Assembly: GCA_963666285.1 (NCBI GenBank)
Contig: OY762711.1
Strand: one strand, 5' to 3'
Length of the DNA stretch: 64,000 nucleotides
From: Sedimentisphaerales bacterium
GTDB lineage: Bacteria; Planctomycetota; Phycisphaerae; Sedimentisphaerales; SM23-30
Below the pieces are notes generated by a model, which was not told where the DNA came from, did no database searches, and worked only from the letters and a program-made list of their open reading frames with translations. Below, in pieces: positions 31,512 to 42,762 of the stretch; within the stretch, counting starts at the first letter, position 1; each line of letters starts with the position of its first letter. The translations under genes were made by a program, and so were the position numbers.

Positions 31512-31619
31512 TTTATTAACTTATTATCATTTCTTTATAAACATTTTTATCGAAAGATTATAAAAATAAGTAGTAATGTTTATAAAGTTAGAATTCACAA
31601 TTAAAATCTATGGGGGAAA

Positions 31620-32606
31620 ATGATGAAAAATAGTTTAGCTGTTATATTAACATTTCTTTTTGTGCTTACATCTTGTTTAAGCGGTTGTACTTCACACGAA
31701 TTAAACACAGAAAAGCCTTATTCTGAAGTTACAAACTTAGAGGCAACTGAACAAGAAAAAATAATTGTTGATGCTGAGTCTAGCGAAAAAAAGATAGAAT
31801 CACAAGCCCCAACTTATATTGGTAATTTTAGAGTGCAAGACAACGATAGAGAATTAGAAATAATATTTAGTCTTTATGATCCTTCTAAAGCATACATGTC
31901 CTCAAATGGTTATGTATCCATAAGGATAGAATCAAATAATGGAAAGACTTTGTATTTAGATAATCATCGTGTTCTTGAATCTGACTTTTCAACATTTACC
32001 CAGACATTGACAGGAGAACAATTTGAAGCGTATTCATGGAAAATACCTCTTTCTGAAATTAATAAATCAGAAAGTTGGAGTGGTATGGCATATATTCAAT
32101 TTAAGTCGGAAAATGGAATAATATTTGAAGAACTTTCTACATCAGTGTTTGGGTTACCTGAATATTCAAAAGATGAGTTAGATATAATTTCAAGCCTTGA
32201 ATTTAGTAAAAATGCAGTGGTAATCAATAAAACTATTAAACAGGATGGTTTAGAAGTTACTTTAAAACAAATAGGGTTTTTCATTAAAAATGAGTATGAT
32301 ACAAAAACGACTTATTATAGAGCTGATTTTATTGTTTATAATTACGGAAGAGAAGCAAGTAGAATATCTTCTTATAACGGCTACTTAATTCATAATAAAA
32401 GTCAATACGACAGAAGTTACAACAGTAACCTTGATGTATATGACTTAAAAACTGGCATACAAAGAGAAGGATATTTACTTTTTGACAATGTTCCAAGTAA
32501 TCTGGCAGGAGAAATAATCATTAGTGCAGGATCTGCATATGATCGCAACTATAATAATATCGACTACACATTTAGAATTAATCTTGATGACTACACTACT
32601 AAGTAA
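31620..32606 (+). CDS. Putative lipoprotein with C-terminal DUF4352-like domain
   Basis: Lipobox LSGC; ADFIVYNYG...REGYLLFDNVP. Confidence 0.65.
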   Translation: MMKNSLAVILTFLFVLTSCLSGCTSHELNTEKPYSEVTNLEATEQEKIIVDAESSEKKIESQAPTYIGNFRVQDNDRELEIIFSLYDPSKAYMSSNGYVSIRIESNNGKTLYLDNHRVLESDFSTFTQTLTGEQFEAYSWKIPLSEINKSESWSGMAYIQFKSENGIIFEELSTSVFGLPEYSKDELDIISSLEFSKNAVVINKTIKQDGLEVTLKQIGFFIKNEYDTKTTYYRADFIVYNYGREASRISSYNGYLIHNKSQYDRSYNSNLDVYDLKTGIQREGYLLFDNVPSNLAGEIIISAGSAYDRNYNNIDYTFRINLDDYTTK

Positions 32607-32783
32607 AATGTGCAAAACCGTTTTAACAATAAACTGGTTTTTTAAGATGTAGGCATAATGAAATTAATGAATGAATGTGGCGTAGTATTTTACGAATGCA
32701 AATGTATTATTATTTTCTTTATTTTACATTTATTTATTTATTTATTTGTATGCAAATACTCAAATAATACATGTTATTTGATT

Positions 32784-35700
32784 CTATGCCTTTGAATCCA
32801 AATATATTTTAAGGTGCTTATCCTTTGCCTTCAACTTAACATTCTTTAATGCAAGCCGCACATCTTCTTCATCCCATTTATTTTTGATGCAAAAATTAAC
32901 CAGATATGTCAAATCCACATTATTCTCATAATGAGTCTGCAACCAATGAGTAAGTTTATTTATATTCGTCAAATTTGAATGTCTAGGATGCTTTTTTAGA
33001 GTCATGCTACTTAAGTTCTTTTTATTCTGCTGTAACTCAATGATCGCAGTATCAATGTCGCCCCATTCCCAATCATGTTCTCTTAAATGCTCTACAATTA
33101 AAAACAGTTCATGACCAGCCATTAGCTGTTTTTCTATATGATGTTTAAGGACTTCAATTTTATTACCGTGAAGATGATCATCATGCTGATGTAAATAATG
33201 GATATGATGATGACCTTGAGCCTTAATAATATGTTTTGGTAATAGTTTAACTAGAATATTTTTCCATTTTACAGGCATATACATATAAATCAATATCATC
33301 GCTGAATAGAAGTATATACTGCACAATGCAATTGCCATAAAAAATAGTACAATGACATTATTGATCCCTTGCAGAATTCCTATTAACGAAGAAGATGTAA
33401 ATAAGTAATATAGAGATTTCCCAAGAAAGATAACATACATAAACAGACTTTGAATATATAATACATCATAAAATACAACTGCTACTACTGAAAATATAAC
33501 TATAAGACTTGTTATTTCTTTCTTAGCCTTGAAATCAATAAATACTAATGGTAATGTTGATATTATACATATTATTCCTATTATAATCTTATCGTGAGGT
33601 ATTGCTTTTGTTAATATATCAACACCTGCCAACACTCCTTGTTCAATATTAATTGCTTTGAATTCAAATGCAGGATTCAGTAAAAAAGCTGAAAAACTCA
33701 TCGGGAATAAAAATGTTAAAATCATACCAAATTTATAATGCCAATTACTATCTTTATTTTTTAACAAGTTAAATATGGACATTTCGTTTAATGGTTTATT
33801 TTTATGCTTAAATTCATACGACCATATCCAAATCGGAATAAATAACACTAAAAATAATGAAATTATATTTAGTAGGTATGCAGTAAAAAACTGAAAAATA
33901 ATTGGTATTGAAAACCCGACGATGCTGAGTGAAAATAAACTTTCATTTCCAAATACTGAGAATATCGGCATATGACCTGCTGAAAGAATATTTATATATA
34001 CGGGGTCTAGAAATCCCAATGTATATGGGATAACATATATACCTATTTCAGTAAATATGTGCAAGACAAACATTCCTGCAAGTCCCAACGGTAAAAATTT
34101 TGGATGATGAAATAACTCAATCATCCTTTCATAAAAGGTATCTGGCGTTTCAGAGATTGACTCTATTATATGCATCGGTGTTTCTTTATAATGTCTTTTT
34201 ATTCTTTTTGACACAATAGATATAAGTGAAAGCATTAACACAGCAACCAAAATAGGAGCATCTACTGCTATTGCCAGCCACTCAAACATAAGGTTGAAAA
34301 CTAATATGAAAAAGAAAACTTCAACAAATAATATCTGGACAAATCTTATAATAAATCCTTGATGTGTTTTTGTATGATGTATAAATAATGCTCCAATCAA
34401 AGATTCTTTATGCACATGCTTATTAATAGTAAGATATATCGCAACAATAAATAGCCCTAAACAGCCCAATATAAATGTAATTGAAATCACATATGTGCTA
34501 TGATTTATAATGTATGCATACAAATCTCTAACAAAGCTGGTTTCATTCCATGTAGCTTTTGCAACACCTATTAAGTTTTTTATCGTAAGTAGAAAGTACG
34601 ATATCAATAATAGTATATCTGCACCAATTTTTCGTTTCCCAAATAAAACCTTAGTTATGCCAATATGATTAAATATTATTGCAAGCAAAATCCAGGATAT
34701 GACTTTTTTGAAAAAATCAACATCACCTGGCAGAATTTTCATGAAATCAATAATGTTAAGTACAATAAGTGATAATAATATTAAAAATTCTAGTCCGCTT
34801 GCAGTTTTTATAAAGAAAAATCTTATCGGATGTTTTACTGCATTTATTGCCTCAGTGATTGCTTCTTTATCAGCATGATGTTCATCCAGATAGTTTTTTA
34901 TTTGATCTAACGAATATCTTTTTCGTAATAAAATCTTAATTTTTTTAACTAATAGATATGCGTTTGGACTGTGTGGCTTTTCTCTTGTAAAATGCGAGAT
35001 GGACATAAAGAATGTAATTAAAATTATTACAGCAATCAAAGGAGGGTACAGGTTTTCATAGCCAGATTCTTCCTGTTTTACTAATAATATATCTCTTGCA
35101 ATAGCTAGAGTTTCCCCCTCATTCATACAATCTTCATCGGATATTTTCTTTATCTTAAGTTGAATCTCTTCACCCTTTAAGAGCTTATCAAAATGCCAAG
35201 CAACCATAGGGTCTTCATCAATTATTTCAAATTCCATGTTAGATTCTAACTCATCGCTTTGTTCTTTAATTATTTCCAGCAAACATTTTGGAATATATTC
35301 GAAGATAGATACATTATATAAGATTGTTTCATTGTCTTTGAAATCAACATTGATGTTGTATATGGTTTCATTACCTTTTTGAACATAAGTTTTGGTTAGA
35401 TTAATAACCTCTTTAGTTTTCTCAGCATCTTGATGTAACTTTTCAACTTCATCCTCTGTAATATTATTGTGTTCGACAATAACTTGAATCATATCAGGAT
35501 TTATATTTTTATTATTGAATGCGTATTGAAATGATATTTCTTTGAATTGATTAAGCTGACTTGTATTAAACTGTATTACTGGATCACGCTCTATTATGAT
35601 GAAAGGATCTATTTTTATGATATCATCTGTTGTCTCGGCTACTGATTTAGCAATTTTTATTGTTATAGTCACATTCTTTAAATCAAAAGCTTTGGCTTTA

Positions 35701-38700
35701 ATTATTTCAGTAAAACGTGTAACACTTCCAGCTTCTTCTTGTATTCTTTTATGTGAATATGTATTCGTGATTATTTTTTCTTCGACTTTTTGGTCTATTA
35801 CTCGTGGCAATAATTCTTCATTTTTAGGTTTTGAAGTTTCAGTTTCAGGTTCAATTATTAGCTCTTCTTCTTTTACTTCAGGAGTTTCAGTTACTTCTGA
35901 AACAGGTTCTTGTCTTTCTGGTGCTGGCATGACTGACGCACTGGTTTCTCTGTTACTTTGAGTCTCTGATGTACTTGATGCAACCTTTTTGCTACAAGCA
36001 GAATTCTTCCATTCATATATATATGAGCCACCACTATCACCAGTCCCAATTATAAATCCCGCCTGAGTATCATCACAATCAATAAGATCTATGCTTAAAG
36101 TATTTTTTAGAGTAGCATAAAACGGACATGCCTGATAATCATAATATCCATCGTTGTCACTATCCCATGTTTCATCAATAAGGCCATCGCAGTCATTGTC
36201 GTATCCATCACATATTTCTGCATGGTTATTTATTAGCAACGAATCAGACCATGCGCCTTTTGTATATGATCCATCTATTGCCTGTACTGAAACATTGAAA
36301 CACGAATCTGGCAGATTAAGATTAGCGGTAGTTCTTGAGAACTGATTTCCGTATTGACCTTGCGTTGGATTGCTTGACGTACCTTTTTCACTTGAATAGA
36401 ATTTATACGGGCTTATTTGATCCCCAATACGCAAATTATATGTTAAAGCCTCAGCAGGTGTAATATCGTCACTGCTTTGTGTCCAGTTCAATGTAAGCGC
36501 ACTTGTTACATTATTATAAGAACCATTTATAATCGGTGCTGTTGGCGGAGAGTTCGCCGTTGGTTGAGTGTTTTGGTATAGGATGGATATATATTCTTTG
36601 TTAATAGTTGATACTGCACCTGTCACAAATAAGTCTAGGTCATTATCATTATCTTTATCAAAAAGTAACGACGAACCTAATTTAACACCTTGTACTTGCA
36701 CAGTTGATTTTGTTTCAGTAAAGTTCGTACCGTTAAAAATGTATGAAGTAGAAAATAGTCCAGTTTCAGCTTCTCCTATAAGAATTAAAGTTTGGTTTTG
36801 ATTTATTTCACCATAAACAATAGAAGAAGATTTTAAGCCTGTTAACTGTTCTGATAATGTAGAATTTAATTGCATTACTCCTTGATTATTTGAATATATT
36901 TTTAGATTCCAATCTGACATTATAGAATCTCCCGTCTGAATCATATCTAAATCACCATCTAAATCATAATCGTAAAAAATTGATTCTCCTTCTTTCAATT
37001 CAAGATAATCATTAGTTTTATTAAAATCAGTACCGTTGAAGTAAAATTCAAAAGCCATATTTGTTGTGTCATCAAACGCACCTTGCATCACATATTCAGT
37101 TTTATTATCTAAATTGATATCACCATAGGATATTGAGCATTCTTTTAGATTTGGTAATGAATGACTTTGTTTTGTAAAACTTAGTTTTCTAAAATAATTT
37201 TCAGCAAGATTATTCTGATAGATTACAGTTTCAGGATTTCCTGACGAATTTTCACCGCATGCAATTATATCATTATCTCCGTCGTTGTCATAATCAGAAA
37301 CTACTACTGAACCTTTTTTAAGCGGAGTTAATTGTGTTTTTAAGTTGTCAACTTCATAATAAAATAATGGCATTTCATCTTCATCACTGCCAAGAGCTAC
37401 TAAATCATTTATGCCATCATTATCTAAATCAGAGATTGAAACTGAAGTAAGATACAAACTCCGGACATAGTTAGAATAAGAATAGGTTTTTCTTGGATAC
37501 TCTTGATTTGAACCAGTATAAAACAAATCATCATTCCAAAATACAGACCCCAAATACACTCCTTCATACTCCTGCTCCTTTACAAACCATGCACCTTCGT
37601 CAATAATTGTGACTGTAAAATTTTCTTCAATTGCTTCAAATGAAATGTTATCAAAACAAGATACAGTAATATTTATCTGATTCCATTTTAGATCTGAATC
37701 AGAAAAAGTAATTGTATAATTATAGCCATTGGATATATTAAAATCCATTTGAGTTTCTACAAGACCGGCAGTTGTTATGTTACAAGTAGCGGTGATTTGC
37801 TCTGAGTCATTAGAATAATTGTGATAACTGAAGAATATATTCGTTGGTGTGTCAAAGGTAATATATGAATCATTCAATAATTCTATTTTACTGTTTGGTG
37901 CTGTTGTGTAAGTACTAAATCCTGTCACATTAAAGCTAACATTATTCGAATAATAATTAATTAAGCAATCAGCACACAATTCATCATTTTTCAGAATCAC
38001 TGGCTTATTAGTATAAGATATTCCAAAAACAGTGACTGCCGCATTTCCAGCAGGGAATAGTGAATTGTTTACATAAACGCTATTTTCGGAGATAACAATC
38101 AATGAACTTAAGTTCTTTTCAGTTAAGTTAACTGGATCGTGAAATTGAATTTTAGCATAACTATTTGATATATTTACACTAGACAGGTTTGAAAATAATA
38201 TTCGATCTTCCACTTCGTTGCCAGTAAGCAATGAAGTAAAGTTTGTAGTACTTAGTGATAGAAAAGAATCCCACAATGGTTCAGGAGTTCTTTTTAGCAT
38301 AATTATAATTGTTTCATTTTCAGTCACATTCGCTGTAGTAACATTATTATAATAGTATCTTTTACTGAAATTGAAATCATAGGAGTAATTGGTTCTTGTA
38401 TTGGACGAATCTAGGGTAAAACCTGTAAGGTTAATTGGATGACTAAAAGCAATTGAATTATTCTTTACACCTGATAATGAATTATCATATTGATCTTTGA
38501 ATTCAAAATCAATTTCATATATGCTTTCAAAAACACTTGTAGAAGCAAAAGTAATATTATCAAATTTTACATCAAAAGATTTTGTATGGTTATTGATTTG
38601 GAGAATAGCATTTAAGAATTTAGATTCTGAAATATTCAATGGCCGATTAATTTCTAACCCAATATAATCTAGAATAACATAATCAATTGTAATGTTACCT

Positions 38701-41063
38701 GTATCCAATATTATATTTGAATTATTTCCTGACAAAGTTTTATGAGGAAACACAAACAATGTCCCGTTATCTATTGTAATGTTTGATTTGTATCCAATTG
38801 TAGCATCGTCTGAAATCTCAAAAGTTGCTCCATCTTTTACTGTAACATTTACATTACTGCTGATATTACCACTTAATGAACAATCATAATCTATTATCCA
38901 ATTTCCTGAATTTGGCGAAATGCAATCATTAAATTCTTTTATTGCCCAAGCGGAATGAGCAAGACCGTTATCAATTGCCTGGACTTTAATTCTGACCGCA
39001 CCAGTTGAAATATTGTTTAATGTGTAATTTGTTGCAAACTGCATATTACCTCTATATCCTTGTGCTGGATGGGTAGACAATGGGTATCTGCCTGAAAGCA
39101 GAATATCACCGTTTATCTTCTCAACTTGGAGGTTATATGATAATTGATCTTGTGGTGTTAAGTCGTCTATTGTTGCGTTCCATTCAATGAAAAGCTTACT
39201 GTTATTATATGATATATTTATTGAATCTGAATCTATCGCAATTGGTGGTTGGTTTAGTGTATATTCTGATAAAGTATTATTAAATAATTTAATAGGGTTT
39301 ATTCCACCAACTCCAGACAAAGCTAAATCTAAGTCACCATCCGAATCATAGTCTGAAGCTGACAAAGAACAATCTGAAACGTTATAATGTGAACCATCTA
39401 AGATACTTTGAAGGTAATAGTTGGATTCATTATTTTTATAATAATACAAATACTTATTTGAATCATTTTCACCACACATGATAATATCATTTAATCCATC
39501 TGAATCAAAATCTGCAACGAATACATCTGATTCTGTTAAACCAGAAAAATTTGGCAATTCAATATTTATTTTATTGAATTCACTATCATAAAAATAATAT
39601 TCATTTTCTGCACCATTATCTCCGAATACAAACAAATAAGGTTCTGTGTGATTCAGAAAATAATTGTATGTACAACTTCCAGACTGCAATTGATCTAAAG
39701 ATCTTTGAAAAGTAAAATTACCTGTTTCATTTGTTAGCCATATACTTGTGTTAATATTACTTCCATCATTTCCTGCTAAATAGATATCAGGAAATCCATC
39801 TTTATTAAAGTCTGCGGTACAGACCATCCCGTTTTTTAGATTTGGTAGTGGCTGGGATAGTTGAATGAAATTATAAAAATAGCTTTTAGGATTTGCCTCA
39901 ACATTGTTCCCAAATACAATAACATCATTAATACCATCTGACTTACTATCAATAATCACTCCTGAAGCTTTTTCTAAATCATGCAAAGAGGTATTAAGCT
40001 CTATTTGAGAAAAACTGTTAGAAGCATCAAATAAGTTTCCTTCGTTATAGTAAAAGCCTGTATAAAATAAATCGTTAAAGAATTTAGATGTTTTATGAAA
40101 TTGTGCTAAGAATCCGTCATATAATTGATAATCCGAGTTTGCAAAAATACTTTGTTGATTTGAAAAGATTGATGTTCTTGAAGATAGATTTATTATAGAC
40201 ATTATTGAATCAGGAAAAACAAATGTAGAATAAGTCAATAATCCCGTGTCCTGTGAATTAGATAAAATAACATTACTTCGTTCATCACTTCCTGTGAGCA
40301 AGCTTAATCCCGAATCTTCGAGCAACGGTTTTCTATCTGTTACATCTACAGTAAAATTAAAAGAGTCATACCAATTACTACCTTTTCTACAACTTGCGTT
40401 TAGAACATGGTTTCCTACTGAATCAAAAGTAATATTACCATAATAATAATTTGCATTTTCAGCCAACAAAATGATATTACCATCATATTTAAGTTGACAT
40501 TCATCAACCGTTGTATAAGGAGGAGTCAAGTCAACTCCTGACATATTTTGTATTCCGATCTTAAACTCTGCTGGAATGCCTTTTAATATATAACTTTTTG
40601 AAGTGTAATTAGTCTGATTTGAAATACTAATCTTTAATTGAGGATAAACAGTGATTGTGCCAGTATGTATATATGAAATATCAAATGAACTGTTTTCGCT
40701 ATGGTTACAATAATAGCCAAATGAAATATTATTTGATGCTTTTGTAAATGTATAGTCGAAGTGATATACTTCACTGGCAGAAACATACGGTAATTGGGTT
40801 AATTGAGATGAAATATTTACATAGCAGCTACCAACAGAGTCGGCAAATACTGCATTATCCGTTTTGTTTGCATACCTTACAGTAAGATTTACAGATGTTG
40901 AAGAATCTAGCTCATCATTTTGAAAAGGTAGTGTTATGTTTATGGTGGAATCATCAGAACTATCCGAATGGACATGTTCAAATGAGAAAGATATGCCTAC
41001 ACAAAAGATTATCAATGCAAAAAAGCATATACTTCTAATTACCTTACTAATTGATGCCCCCAT
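32784..41063 (-). CDS. Giant surface protein: FG-GAP/VCBS propellers, FN3-like and MopE-like motifs, archaeal surface modules, polytopic membrane C-terminus
   Basis: 2759 aa; signal peptide; repeated DFDxDGxxD; EICDGYDNDCDGLIDE; IIERDPVIQF and IIDEDPMVAWHF; many C-terminal TM helices. Confidence 0.8.
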   Translation of the reverse strand: MGASISKVIRSICFFALIIFCVGISFSFEHVHSDSSDDSTINITLPFQNDELDSSTSVNLTVRYANKTDNAVFADSVGSCYVNISSQLTQLPYVSASEVYHFDYTFTKASNNISFGYYCNHSENSSFDISYIHTGTITVYPQLKISISNQTNYTSKSYILKGIPAEFKIGIQNMSGVDLTPPYTTVDECQLKYDGNIILLAENANYYYGNITFDSVGNHVLNASCRKGSNWYDSFNFTVDVTDRKPLLEDSGLSLLTGSDERSNVILSNSQDTGLLTYSTFVFPDSIMSIINLSSRTSIFSNQQSIFANSDYQLYDGFLAQFHKTSKFFNDLFYTGFYYNEGNLFDASNSFSQIELNTSLHDLEKASGVIIDSKSDGINDVIVFGNNVEANPKSYFYNFIQLSQPLPNLKNGMVCTADFNKDGFPDIYLAGNDGSNINTSIWLTNETGNFTFQRSLDQLQSGSCTYNYFLNHTEPYLFVFGDNGAENEYYFYDSEFNKINIELPNFSGLTESDVFVADFDSDGLNDIIMCGENDSNKYLYYYKNNESNYYLQSILDGSHYNVSDCSLSASDYDSDGDLDLALSGVGGINPIKLFNNTLSEYTLNQPPIAIDSDSINISYNNSKLFIEWNATIDDLTPQDQLSYNLQVEKINGDILLSGRYPLSTHPAQGYRGNMQFATNYTLNNISTGAVRIKVQAIDNGLAHSAWAIKEFNDCISPNSGNWIIDYDCSLSGNISSNVNVTVKDGATFEISDDATIGYKSNITIDNGTLFVFPHKTLSGNNSNIILDTGNITIDYVILDYIGLEINRPLNISESKFLNAILQINNHTKSFDVKFDNITFASTSVFESIYEIDFEFKDQYDNSLSGVKNNSIAFSHPINLTGFTLDSSNTRTNYSYDFNFSKRYYYNNVTTANVTENETIIIMLKRTPEPLWDSFLSLSTTNFTSLLTGNEVEDRILFSNLSSVNISNSYAKIQFHDPVNLTEKNLSSLIVISENSVYVNNSLFPAGNAAVTVFGISYTNKPVILKNDELCADCLINYYSNNVSFNVTGFSTYTTAPNSKIELLNDSYITFDTPTNIFFSYHNYSNDSEQITATCNITTAGLVETQMDFNISNGYNYTITFSDSDLKWNQINITVSCFDNISFEAIEENFTVTIIDEGAWFVKEQEYEGVYLGSVFWNDDLFYTGSNQEYPRKTYSYSNYVRSLYLTSVSISDLDNDGINDLVALGSDEDEMPLFYYEVDNLKTQLTPLKKGSVVVSDYDNDGDNDIIACGENSSGNPETVIYQNNLAENYFRKLSFTKQSHSLPNLKECSISYGDINLDNKTEYVMQGAFDDTTNMAFEFYFNGTDFNKTNDYLELKEGESIFYDYDLDGDLDMIQTGDSIMSDWNLKIYSNNQGVMQLNSTLSEQLTGLKSSSIVYGEINQNQTLILIGEAETGLFSTSYIFNGTNFTETKSTVQVQGVKLGSSLLFDKDNDNDLDLFVTGAVSTINKEYISILYQNTQPTANSPPTAPIINGSYNNVTSALTLNWTQSSDDITPAEALTYNLRIGDQISPYKFYSSEKGTSSNPTQGQYGNQFSRTTANLNLPDSCFNVSVQAIDGSYTKGAWSDSLLINNHAEICDGYDNDCDGLIDETWDSDNDGYYDYQACPFYATLKNTLSIDLIDCDDTQAGFIIGTGDSGGSYIYEWKNSACSKKVASSTSETQSNRETSASVMPAPERQEPVSEVTETPEVKEEELIIEPETETSKPKNEELLPRVIDQKVEEKIITNTYSHKRIQEEAGSVTRFTEIIKAKAFDLKNVTITIKIAKSVAETTDDIIKIDPFIIIERDPVIQFNTSQLNQFKEISFQYAFNNKNINPDMIQVIVEHNNITEDEVEKLHQDAEKTKEVINLTKTYVQKGNETIYNINVDFKDNETILYNVSIFEYIPKCLLEIIKEQSDELESNMEFEIIDEDPMVAWHFDKLLKGEEIQLKIKKISDEDCMNEGETLAIARDILLVKQEESGYENLYPPLIAVIILITFFMSISHFTREKPHSPNAYLLVKKIKILLRKRYSLDQIKNYLDEHHADKEAITEAINAVKHPIRFFFIKTASGLEFLILLSLIVLNIIDFMKILPGDVDFFKKVISWILLAIIFNHIGITKVLFGKRKIGADILLLISYFLLTIKNLIGVAKATWNETSFVRDLYAYIINHSTYVISITFILGCLGLFIVAIYLTINKHVHKESLIGALFIHHTKTHQGFIIRFVQILFVEVFFFILVFNLMFEWLAIAVDAPILVAVLMLSLISIVSKRIKRHYKETPMHIIESISETPDTFYERMIELFHHPKFLPLGLAGMFVLHIFTEIGIYVIPYTLGFLDPVYINILSAGHMPIFSVFGNESLFSLSIVGFSIPIIFQFFTAYLLNIISLFLVLFIPIWIWSYEFKHKNKPLNEMSIFNLLKNKDSNWHYKFGMILTFLFPMSFSAFLLNPAFEFKAINIEQGVLAGVDILTKAIPHDKIIIGIICIISTLPLVFIDFKAKKEITSLIVIFSVVAVVFYDVLYIQSLFMYVIFLGKSLYYLFTSSSLIGILQGINNVIVLFFMAIALCSIYFYSAMILIYMYMPVKWKNILVKLLPKHIIKAQGHHHIHYLHQHDDHLHGNKIEVLKHHIEKQLMAGHELFLIVEHLREHDWEWGDIDTAIIELQQNKKNLSSMTLKKHPRHSNLTNINKLTHWLQTHYENNVDLTYLVNFCIKNKWDEEDVRLALKNVKLKAKDKHLKIYLDSKA

Positions 41064-41090
41064 CTCTACTCTAATTTTGGGGCAGAAGTA

Positions 41091-41156
41091 TTTATAAACC
41101 TTTTTATACTATTTAATTGGATTGGTTTAATAATAATTTGAAGTAATATTTATAAA
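41091..41156. promoter_or_regulatory. Divergent archaeal-type TATA promoters
   Basis: TTTATAAA at 41091-41098 (preceded by AAAAAGG on the minus strand, 27 nt before ATG 41063) and at 41149-41156 (22 nt before ATG 41179). Confidence 0.65.
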
Positions 41157-41178
41157 TTTAATATATTTAACAAAATGT

Positions 41179-42129
41179 ATGGATGAAGGAAATAATAAAC
41201 TTAATCATGTAATTTTATTGGATGGTGATTCTTCTGTTGACGGATTTCTTGGTGGAAAAGGTAAATCATTGCAAAAATTAAAAAGGGATGGCTTTCCATC
41301 TTTGCCAGGATTTGTTATTACTTATAGATATCTTAAAACTATTTTAGATTCCCCACAACTACAAAATGAATTAAGGAGCTTTGATGAGATCTCACACAAA
41401 GACTTAAAGTCCTTAAAAGAATTAAGCAAATCGATAACATCACAATTAGAGTCAATTTCAATTTCTGAATCTTTTAGAGAAGAAGTGTTTAAAGTATATG
41501 ATGATTTAAACTTATCTAAAGTGGCAGTTAGAAGTTCAGCTTTGATGGAAGACTCTTCTGCAAATTCATGTGCTGGATGCCTGGAAACGTTTCTTAATGT
41601 ATCAAAAAACGAACTAATAAAAAATATTGTTAATTGTTGGAAATCATTGTTTTCTTTAAGATCACTATATTATCTAAAATCAAAGAATATTCAATCTCAA
41701 GACCTTATTATGTCTGTTGTAATCCAAAAAATGGCAGAACCTCGTGTAGCTGGTGTTTGTTTTACAAGAAACCCTGTTACATCAAATCCGCATGAAATTC
41801 TTATTGAAGCCGGAATTGGTTTAGGGGAAGTAGTGGTCAATGGATCAATAACTCCGGACAGGTATATTGTTGACGAAAACTTTAATATATTATTAATAGA
41901 GGTTGGTAAGCAGGATACAATGATATCTACCAATAGTGATGGCATTGTAAACGAGAAATGTACTTTTGAAGAATCAGCTAGTCAAAAATTACCTGACAAA
42001 CATATAATTGAACTTTCTAGGATAGCAAAAGATATTGAAAAAGCAAATGGTATGCCTATGGATATCGAGTGGGCATTGACTGAAGTTGGGTTAATTATTC
42101 TTCAGGCAAGACCAATTACAACATTATGA
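41179..42129 (+). CDS. PEP/pyruvate-binding (PPDK_N, ATP-grasp) domain protein
   Basis: GGKG..L, VAVRSSA..ED..S.AG, GLGE.VV.G..PD, DIEWA...LQARPIT. Confidence 0.9.
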   Translation: MDEGNNKLNHVILLDGDSSVDGFLGGKGKSLQKLKRDGFPSLPGFVITYRYLKTILDSPQLQNELRSFDEISHKDLKSLKELSKSITSQLESISISESFREEVFKVYDDLNLSKVAVRSSALMEDSSANSCAGCLETFLNVSKNELIKNIVNCWKSLFSLRSLYYLKSKNIQSQDLIMSVVIQKMAEPRVAGVCFTRNPVTSNPHEILIEAGIGLGEVVVNGSITPDRYIVDENFNILLIEVGKQDTMISTNSDGIVNEKCTFEESASQKLPDKHIIELSRIAKDIEKANGMPMDIEWALTEVGLIILQARPITTL

Positions 42130-42762
42130 AATTTGTTGCAATACGTCAAAAACATCTTCAATAATTTTGATTTGTGCATCTGCATTACAATGGTTTGGGT
42201 TTTCATTGAATTCTATGCAAAACATATTTGCAGATTTTGCAGAGCATACTCCATACTCCGAATCTTCAATCACAACGACTTCATTATTACTTAGATTAAG
42301 TTGTTCTAGACAATTCAAATATGGTTGAGGGTCAGGTTTTAGAAGTTTACAATCATCTTTAGTTACAATTTTCTCAAAATAATGTATTAAGCCTTTTTCT
42401 TTCAATATTTCATAAACAAATTCTTTACTTGAAGATGTAACTAGGGCTAATCTATATTTTTGCTTTAAGCTTTCAAGAGTTTTGTGAACATTTGCCATTA
42501 TTTCAATATTTTCATAAAATGAATCAGAGTTGATTATTGTTATAAAAGACTTTTCTAGTTTGTCTACAATTTGAATGTTCAGATTATTATTTTGGACAAT
42601 ACTTCTAAATATATTTATAGAAGACATCCCCTTAAACACCCCCCAATTGATATTATTGGTGTTTATGCCATATTCGATACATGTTTCTTTTTGTGCTTTG
42701 GAGTAAGCATTCTCCGAATTTATAATTACTCCATCTAGGTCAAAAAGTATTGCTTTAATCAT
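42124..42762 (-). CDS. HAD-superfamily phosphatase (beta-PGM-like)
   Basis: FDLDGV, VTSS, KPDP, IEDS..GV motifs. Confidence 0.9.
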   Translation of the reverse strand: MIKAILFDLDGVIINSENAYSKAQKETCIEYGINTNNINWGVFKGMSSINIFRSIVQNNNLNIQIVDKLEKSFITIINSDSFYENIEIMANVHKTLESLKQKYRLALVTSSSKEFVYEILKEKGLIHYFEKIVTKDDCKLLKPDPQPYLNCLEQLNLSNNEVVVIEDSEYGVCSAKSANMFCIEFNENPNHCNADAQIKIIEDVFDVLQQIS

